DNA from: Gammaproteobacteria bacterium
Lineage (GTDB): Bacteria > Pseudomonadota > Gammaproteobacteria > Chromatiales > Chromatiaceae
Assembly (NCBI GenBank): GCA_020630035.1
Contig: JAHDCB010000001.1
Location: 1 to 31,483, forward strand
Reading direction: 5' to 3'
DNA length: 31,483 nt
The translations under genes were made by a program, and so were the position numbers. The stretch's first letter is position 1. Each line of letters opens with the position of its first letter. The notes beneath the pieces were generated by a model that saw only the letters and a program-made list of their open reading frames with translations, searched no databases and had not been told where the DNA came from. This document shows, piece after piece, positions 25,211-31,483 of the stretch.

Positions 25211-26467
25211 ATGATTTCAAACCACCGTTATACCATTAGTAAATCAACGTTCACCGATACTCAGTCGCTTATTGCTGGTATTGAGAAAGCAGTCGGCTCT
25301 AATGTGATCCGCTGGTACATTAGTGCAGCTACTCCTGAGTGTGTGACTGTTGAGGCGACTTGTTATGCAGATCCATTAGATGGCTATCCGAGTTTGGGTC
25401 AGCCCATGGCCTATCCGGGTAAGCAGGCAGTGTTGAATATTGTGCCGACTGGTATTGGTTGCAGTATTGGCGGTTATGCTGCTGATGCAACGCCAGCTAA
25501 CAATCTATTGGCAGCTGTATCAGACTATCTGATTACTAACCCTAACACTGTTAATGCTTCTAATTTTATCAATCTGCAACCTAATGTGGTATACGCTGAA
25601 GGCCATGCTATTGATCTATTCTGCCGAGGTCAGGTAGATTTTCATCTTCCGAATGCGAATAAAGTTGGCTTGATTATCGAAAAAACTGAGGCTGCTCACC
25701 TCGATATCTTATTTAATGTGGTTAATGCGGTCCGGGCTATTTATGGGGTCAATATCATTGACTGTATTGTAACTGATGAGCATATTCATACAGCTTGTGA
25801 GCGCAATGAAGCCGGAGCGTTTGTGGGCACGGTGCGTAATCCGGAAGTTTTATTCGATGCGTGTGAAAAACTGGTTGCCAAGGGTGCGAATGCTATTGCA
25901 GTGACAACTAATGTACAAAACCTGCCTGCTGAGCTATATCGTCAACACTTTGCTGGTGCAGCACCTAACCCTGTGGGTGGTGTGGAGGCTATTATTTCTC
26001 ACTTACTGATGCGAAGGTTCGGGTTACCTGCTGCGCATGCACCTCTCATCAATTTTAAAGACGATGCAATTGACCCTGTTGTTGATGCCAGGGGAGCTGG
26101 TGAAATGGTTTCCACGACAGGCCTTGCCTGTATCCTGGTTGGTTTGCATCAGTCACCACAGATTAACCCTGACAGAGGCAGTATTGTCAGGGATATTCTC
26201 AATATTCATAATCTACTGGCGGTGGTGATGCCGGCGTCTTGTTTGGGTGGTTTGCCAGTATTACAGGCACAAACACATGGTATTCCTGTGATTGCTGTGC
26301 AGGAAAATGAAACTATCTTGCATGTTACGCATGAACATCTGCCGTTTGATCGAGTGATTCCGGTGCGAAACTATGCTGAGGCTGCTGGCATTATCGTGGC
26401 ACTAAAGCACGGTATTCATCTGGATAGTCTGTCACGGCCGCTCCGAACTCTGAATTGGCAACTATAG
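25211..26467 (+). CDS. DUF3326-family protein
   Basis: IVPTGIGCSIGGYAADA...LITNPNTVNAS, VYAEGHAIDLF, NPVGGVEAIISH, AHAP and IAVQENET. Confidence 0.8.
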   Translation: MISNHRYTISKSTFTDTQSLIAGIEKAVGSNVIRWYISAATPECVTVEATCYADPLDGYPSLGQPMAYPGKQAVLNIVPTGIGCSIGGYAADATPANNLLAAVSDYLITNPNTVNASNFINLQPNVVYAEGHAIDLFCRGQVDFHLPNANKVGLIIEKTEAAHLDILFNVVNAVRAIYGVNIIDCIVTDEHIHTACERNEAGAFVGTVRNPEVLFDACEKLVAKGANAIAVTTNVQNLPAELYRQHFAGAAPNPVGGVEAIISHLLMRRFGLPAAHAPLINFKDDAIDPVVDARGAGEMVSTTGLACILVGLHQSPQINPDRGSIVRDILNIHNLLAVVMPASCLGGLPVLQAQTHGIPVIAVQENETILHVTHEHLPFDRVIPVRNYAEAAGIIVALKHGIHLDSLSRPLRTLNWQL

Positions 26468-26475
26468 GCAGCAAT

Positions 26476-27288
26476 ATGATAGATCTCGGCAAAAAAAACG
26501 ATTGGTCTTCTGTTTATCAGCAGTCCACTCCGGCTGAGTACTTGTTGTTTTCCAGAGAAAATACCTATCAGGTTCCGGACTTTGCATGCAAACATTTGCA
26601 TTCGATACTGGCTGAACAGTCACAGCGGTTGCAGTGCCCGGTTAATGTTCTGGATCTCGGTGCATCCTATGGCATTATGCCCTCTCTATTATTGTTAGAG
26701 GATATGACTCTTGACAGGCTCACCGATTTTTTTGTGCAGAATGGAAAAGTCAGGACACGTACCCAAGCTGAAATTAAACAGTTCTTTGATCAGAATAAAT
26801 GTTCACAGACACCTCTGAAGTTCTATTTGACCGATATCTCACAACCGGCAATGGAATTTGCCGAGCGCATGTGTTTATGTGAACAAGCTTTTTGCTTTGA
26901 TACCAGTCAGGGTGTATTGCCCCCTGAACTCAGAACAATCATTCCGCAGATTGACTTATATCTTGCTGTTGGTTCACTAGCCTATATCGGTGATGCTTTT
27001 TTTGCAGAAATATTACCTATGATACAGCAAAGCCAGCGATTACCACTGTTTGCCTTTACGGTATACCGAACATTCTACCCGGATACGCTGGAGCAGCTAT
27101 TTAAGCGTTATGGCTATCAGTTGCGTCGGATAGGCGGCCCGCTGAAGCAGGCTCGTCGGTTTGCAAACTCGCAAGAACAGGAGTGGGCTATTAATCAATT
27201 GCATCAAAGGCAGGTTGATACTGCGGGATTAGAAGATGATGGTTATTATGCCTGTGAGTTTTTATTGGCAGAACCGGTCTGTAATTGA
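26476..27288 (+). CDS. Class I SAM-dependent methyltransferase (start reassigned to ATG 26476)
   Basis: Motif I VLDLGASYG, acidic motif II LTDIS, and N-terminal GKKNDWSSVY...YQVP. Confidence 0.75.
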   Translation: MIDLGKKNDWSSVYQQSTPAEYLLFSRENTYQVPDFACKHLHSILAEQSQRLQCPVNVLDLGASYGIMPSLLLLEDMTLDRLTDFFVQNGKVRTRTQAEIKQFFDQNKCSQTPLKFYLTDISQPAMEFAERMCLCEQAFCFDTSQGVLPPELRTIIPQIDLYLAVGSLAYIGDAFFAEILPMIQQSQRLPLFAFTVYRTFYPDTLEQLFKRYGYQLRRIGGPLKQARRFANSQEQEWAINQLHQRQVDTAGLEDDGYYACEFLLAEPVCN

Positions 27289-27365
27289 TTATGTTTGGTA
27301 TGAGCTGATTAAGGCGAATTATCTGACGAATAAAATGCTTTTTTGGCAAAAATAGTAGGAAAATT

Positions 27366-28520
27366 ATGCAAAATAACTACCCAGTATGGAAAAATCATAT
27401 GGACTTTAAGCCAATTAATTCAGATCCATGTCACTCTCCTACTTTGCCGGGGTTCTATTATCATGACCAAGCTGTTTTTGATGCTGAGAAAGAAAATATT
27501 TTTTACAAAACCTGGCAATTAGTTGCACATACTAGCCAGCTGAAGTCGGTCGGTTCTTATGTGACTGCGCAGATTGCTGACCAGAATGTTTTCGTTATTC
27601 GTAGTCAGGATAGTCAGATTAAGGGTTTTTATAATGTTTGTCAGCACCGGGCGCATGAGTTACTTGAAGGTTCTGGGTGTATTAAATCCCGTATTGTTTG
27701 TCCTTATCATAACTGGAGTTACGACTTTAGTGGTAAACTTAAATCTGTCCGTTATTGTAACCAGCCTTGTTTTGACCTGGCAGATCACTCCTTAAGCCCG
27801 ATTCAGACAGCAGAAATGCTGGGTTTTGTATTCGTCAATCTGGATCCGTCTGCATCGTCACTGGAAGATTTGCCGGGCAATTTGTTTGATGATATCAAAG
27901 AAAACGTACCTGGTTGGCGTGACTTAGTGGTTTCTTCTGAAATTGATTCTAGCCATTATCCCAGAGCAAGACTACATACTAACTGGAAGGTATTGTCAGA
28001 AAATAGCCTGGAAAATTATCATGTTGAAGTCGTCCATCCGGCGTATGCCAAAATGGTCGATATTCATACTTACGAATGGAACATGTCTGGTTATTGGATC
28101 AAAGGTAGTGGGAAAATTAAAAGTCTTGAAGAAGGTGCTTATACCATAACTGAATCAGAATCATCTCAAATGGCGATCACTTGGCGGTTGTGGCCTAATA
28201 CAGCGTTTTTTTTGTTACCAGGTGAGCAATCTTTTTCTGCGGTGGTTTATCATCCGGCCAAGACGGATCTCACATTGCGGACAAACATCACTCTGATGCA
28301 TCCCAGCCAAGTACTGAAGTCGGATCGATGGAACTATCTCTGGAGTACGATCTGGGAAGAAGATGCTTCAATCTGTGAATCAGTGCAGCGTGGCTTGCAG
28401 TCTCGTGGTTATCGTCAAGGCCGGTTTATGATCAACCCGGATAAGCCAAGCGTTAGTGAATATGGGCCACATTTATTTCAATTGAACTATGCCCATGCGA
28501 TGGGGCTTGAGAGTGAGTAA
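27366..28520 (+). CDS. Rieske non-haem iron oxygenase alpha subunit (CntA/choline-monooxygenase-like)
   Basis: Rieske CQHRAH...CPYHNW; mononuclear Fe ligands in NWKVLSENSLENYHVEVVHP and EEDASICESVQRGL; AGGA RBS. Confidence 0.9.
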   Translation: MQNNYPVWKNHMDFKPINSDPCHSPTLPGFYYHDQAVFDAEKENIFYKTWQLVAHTSQLKSVGSYVTAQIADQNVFVIRSQDSQIKGFYNVCQHRAHELLEGSGCIKSRIVCPYHNWSYDFSGKLKSVRYCNQPCFDLADHSLSPIQTAEMLGFVFVNLDPSASSLEDLPGNLFDDIKENVPGWRDLVVSSEIDSSHYPRARLHTNWKVLSENSLENYHVEVVHPAYAKMVDIHTYEWNMSGYWIKGSGKIKSLEEGAYTITESESSQMAITWRLWPNTAFFLLPGEQSFSAVVYHPAKTDLTLRTNITLMHPSQVLKSDRWNYLWSTIWEEDASICESVQRGLQSRGYRQGRFMINPDKPSVSEYGPHLFQLNYAHAMGLESE

Positions 28521-28521
28521 C

Positions 28522-29301
28522 ATGCAGATATCCCCATTAACCCCAACAATTGGTGCTGTTATTGACGGTGTCGATTTACGTAGCTTATCTGATGAAGTAT
28601 TGCATTCTGTTGAGATGGCTTTGGCTGACCATCTTGTGCTTTACTTTCCTGAGCAGTCGTTTGATCGATTTTCGCTACGAGAGTTAGCTCAACGGTTCGG
28701 TCCATCTTTTATACACCCGATTGAACAGACACAATATGCTGATTGCCCTGGCGTGCTTGAAGTTAAACGTGAGCCAAATAAAAAAAATACTATTTTCGGT
28801 GGGGGTAGTTGGCATGCGGACTTTACCTGGAACACAACACCTGGCTATGTTTCTTTATTGCATGCTAAGGTTCTTCCGACTATTGGTGGGGATACCTGTT
28901 TTGTCAGTTCTATTGCGGCCTTTGAGGCGCTGTCTCCGAAAATGCAGGCGATATTGCGTGACCTGAAAGCAGTTCATATGTATCACGATTATAGTGGTGA
29001 GGTTGATGTCCAGTTTAATGCTACACATCCGGTTGTCCGTAAACACCCAATAACCGGGAAAGAAGGGTTGTTTGTTAATACTATGTTTGTAACGCAATTT
29101 GAAGGTATGACTCTTGCTGAGAGTCATGCGTTGCTTGAGTATTTATTTAAGTTGTTAGAGGATCACCGTTTTAGCTGCCGCTTTCGCTGGAGCGAAGGTG
29201 GTTTGCTATTATGGGATAACCGTTTTACTGTGCACTATCCTATTCATGATAATCATGATGAGTTGCGGATGATGATATGGGCTAGTGCACTTGAGCGATA
29301 A
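28522..29301 (+). CDS. TauD/TfdA-family Fe(II)/2-oxoglutarate dioxygenase (start reassigned to ATG 28522)
   Basis: ISPLTPTIGAVIDGVDL, WHADFT (HxD), GGDT, HPVVRKHPITGKEGLFVN and WDNRFTVHY. Confidence 0.9.
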   Translation: MQISPLTPTIGAVIDGVDLRSLSDEVLHSVEMALADHLVLYFPEQSFDRFSLRELAQRFGPSFIHPIEQTQYADCPGVLEVKREPNKKNTIFGGGSWHADFTWNTTPGYVSLLHAKVLPTIGGDTCFVSSIAAFEALSPKMQAILRDLKAVHMYHDYSGEVDVQFNATHPVVRKHPITGKEGLFVNTMFVTQFEGMTLAESHALLEYLFKLLEDHRFSCRFRWSEGGLLLWDNRFTVHYPIHDNHDELRMMIWASALER

Positions 29302-29354
29302 AAAATTCAGGTGTTTGGGGTACACCAGGCGACCTGAGTTTTATAGGAGTTATA

Positions 29355-31451
29355 GTGTTTTTTATAGGTTATAATCTGCTGGCATTGTTGGCTTCTGGTG
29401 CAGTAGCGCAGTCAGCTTATCAAGCCTATCGAGGTGTTCGAATAAAATCGCAACTAGCTTCTCGTGCTACTCTCACCGAAATAACTTCCTCTCAGGAAAC
29501 ACCGGCTGACTCAATCTGGTTGCAGTCTGTCCATGGTGTTCATGGTGTTTTTGAGTCTAATCGTCGCTTATTATTGGCTGGGAGTGGTCTTACTCTCTCC
29601 ATTCTGGCAGCGGTGGGCACCCCTGGTGCTGGTTTGCTTGCAATGCCTTTTATTGGTGCTTCAGCGGCTTCTATCATCACAGATGCTATTAGGCTGATCA
29701 GGCACCGAGAGCGTGTTGCAGTTGCGATCATTGATCTTTCCAGCGCAGCGATCATCGTGACTTCCGGGCATTTTGTGCTGATTTCGCTGACTCAGTGTCT
29801 GTACCATTCCAGTCGCCGACTGCTGATGATGACCGAAAGTAAAGTGCGAGGCCACTTTGCAGCGGTTTATACCAGTCGGCCACACCATGTGCATCGTATT
29901 ACAAGTGAGGGTGTGGTTGATGTAGCGTATAACGATGTTATGAAGAATGATGTCATCGTGGTGGCTGCTGGCCAGGTTGTTCCTGTGGATGGTGCAGTGA
30001 TTGCAGGAGAGGCACTGTTAGATCAGCGTATGCTGACAGGTGAAAGTCAGCCACTTGCCAAGTGCCTTGGAGATGACGTTCTGGCGTCAACAATTGTGGT
30101 TGAAGGGTATCTGGAACTGCGGGTTGAGCGTACCGGCGTTGAAACGATAGCGGAGCAGATAGAACAATACCTGCGTACCACGGATGAGTTTAAGTCTATG
30201 GTTGTGGCCCGAGGTGAGCGCATTGTGGATTTGGGCGCTAGGCCGACCTTGGCAATCAGCGTGGCGGCATTTGCTCTGATGGGGCTACAGCAGGCCTTGG
30301 CGATCAATTATGCTGCTTTTGGTTACCATATGAGGACTGCTGCGCCACTCACTATCCTTAATTATCTGGGAGTTGCTTCTGCCTCTGATGTCTTGGTAAA
30401 GGACGGGCGCTCGCTGGAGTTGCTGAGTCAGGTGGATACCTTTGTGTTTGATAAGACTGGTACTCTGACTGAAGAACACCCGGAAATAGGGCGTATTGTC
30501 GTGCTGCCTGGCCAGGATCCTGATGAGATACTGCGTCTGGCGGCTTCTGCAGAAGCTGGACAAAGTCACCCTATTGCCCGTGCTGTTCTGGAGGCAGCTG
30601 AACATTATCAGCTAGACCTGTTCCCCATTCAGTCTGCTGCTTGTCGACTTGGACTCGGTCTCAGTGTCCAGATTGATGGACGCCGAATTATTCTGGGGAG
30701 TCAGCGCCTGATGGAGCGAGAGGGTCTTGAGCTATCTGAACATCTCAGGTTGCCTGGTGTGTCGCCTTACGGTGCTTCGTGGATCTATGTTGCCATTGAT
30801 GGACAGGTACAGGGCGCATTGGAGCTGATGCATGTGGAGCGACCGGAAGCTCAGGCGATGATTCATGCTCTGCAGATGAGAGGTATAGAGGTTATTATTA
30901 TTTCTGGCGACCATGCTGGTCCGACTCAGGCGTTGGCAAGCAAACTGGGTATTGGAAAGTATTATGCAAGTGTTTTGCCACATGGGAAGGCGGAGATTAT
31001 TGATCAACTACGTGCAGAGGGTCGGTCGCTTTGTTTTGTCGGTGACGGTATCAATGACGCGATCGCATTAAAAAAAGCGGATGTGTCTGTTTCCATTAGT
31101 GGTGCATCAACTGTTGCTTTGGATACAGCGGCTGTTGTTCTGATGGGTGGTAGGCTCACGCAGCTGATTACACTGCTGGATTTGGCCCGGCAAATGAAAG
31201 TTGACTTAGATAGAGGCACGTTTTTATCCATTATTCCAGGTGTTGTGTGTGTTTGTGGTGTGTTTGTGGCGGGAATGGGTGTTGCTGGTGCCATGCTTTT
31301 GTATAATGCCGCTGTTGTTACCGTAGTGGGCCATGCCATGATCCCCTGGGTCAGAGGTTTCCATAAAAAACGGGCCGCTTTGCAGGGCAGTCGCAAGCAA
31401 TTAGAGGCGATGGTCAGTCAGTCAGTCAGACAGCAATTCCCGCTGATATAA
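29355..31451 (+). CDS. P1B-like (heavy-metal-type) P-type ATPase with atypical transmembrane motif
   Basis: TGES, DKTGTLT, SHP and GDGINDA motifs; AGGAG RBS at 29345-29349, 5 nt before GTG. No CPx motif and no N-terminal metal-binding domain. Confidence 0.88.
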   Translation: MFFIGYNLLALLASGAVAQSAYQAYRGVRIKSQLASRATLTEITSSQETPADSIWLQSVHGVHGVFESNRRLLLAGSGLTLSILAAVGTPGAGLLAMPFIGASAASIITDAIRLIRHRERVAVAIIDLSSAAIIVTSGHFVLISLTQCLYHSSRRLLMMTESKVRGHFAAVYTSRPHHVHRITSEGVVDVAYNDVMKNDVIVVAAGQVVPVDGAVIAGEALLDQRMLTGESQPLAKCLGDDVLASTIVVEGYLELRVERTGVETIAEQIEQYLRTTDEFKSMVVARGERIVDLGARPTLAISVAAFALMGLQQALAINYAAFGYHMRTAAPLTILNYLGVASASDVLVKDGRSLELLSQVDTFVFDKTGTLTEEHPEIGRIVVLPGQDPDEILRLAASAEAGQSHPIARAVLEAAEHYQLDLFPIQSAACRLGLGLSVQIDGRRIILGSQRLMEREGLELSEHLRLPGVSPYGASWIYVAIDGQVQGALELMHVERPEAQAMIHALQMRGIEVIIISGDHAGPTQALASKLGIGKYYASVLPHGKAEIIDQLRAEGRSLCFVGDGINDAIALKKADVSVSISGASTVALDTAAVVLMGGRLTQLITLLDLARQMKVDLDRGTFLSIIPGVVCVCGVFVAGMGVAGAMLLYNAAVVTVVGHAMIPWVRGFHKKRAALQGSRKQLEAMVSQSVRQQFPLI

Positions 31452-31483
31452 AAACCCCAATAAAAATAAGGCCTGTCAGGGTG

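Noticed and set aside
24437-29301. Assignment to a known toxin cluster such as saxitoxin tailoring genes
   Set aside because: Only the enzyme classes overlap; no core biosynthetic genes or specific orthology are visible.
29302-29345. Weak stem-loop between the TauD gene and the ATPase as a terminator or REP element
   Set aside because: Short, imperfect stems with alternative pairings and no second copy seen in the window.
1-31483. tRNA, rRNA, integrase, transposase or prophage genes
   Set aside because: None recognised by eye; intergenic gaps are short, and the longest ones were examined and do not fit a tRNA cloverleaf.

Overview
Chromosomal window from what looks like a proteobacterium. 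Housekeeping genes djlA-trkA-trkH and mutL-miaA-hfq-hflX are interleaved with three accessory regions. (1) At about 1-6691 on the minus strand is a complete diversity-generating retroelement (DGR) in the order: FGE-sulfatase/CLec-fold target gene with a variable repeat (VR 5893-6006), twin GGA-loop hairpins, an HRDC accessory gene, a DGR reverse transcriptase, and the template repeat (TR 4129-4242). By hand alignment TR and VR match over 114 bp with 19 mismatches, all at template adenines. Directly downstream and co-directional is a MoxR ternary conflict-type module: an AT-rich 396-aa orphan, a MoxR AAA+ ATPase, and a vWA-like protein of at least 584 aa. The ORF track misses that last protein because it runs off the left edge, where it is just entering what looks like a second FGS/CLec domain, a predicted second DGR target. 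(2) The middle holds a HipA-family toxin-antitoxin pair, an AddA-like helicase-nuclease with no visible AddB, and a filamentous-haemagglutinin-like exoprotein with seven 180/183-bp repeats. (3) At about 24.4-31.4 kb is an AT-richer, co-directional enzyme cluster: sulfotransferase-like, DUF3326, methyltransferase, Rieske oxygenase, TauD-family dioxygenase, and an atypical P1B ATPase lacking the CPx motif. I found no rRNA, tRNA, CRISPR array, integrase or transposase. All alignments, counts and GC samples were done by eye; family calls come from motif recognition, not database searches.
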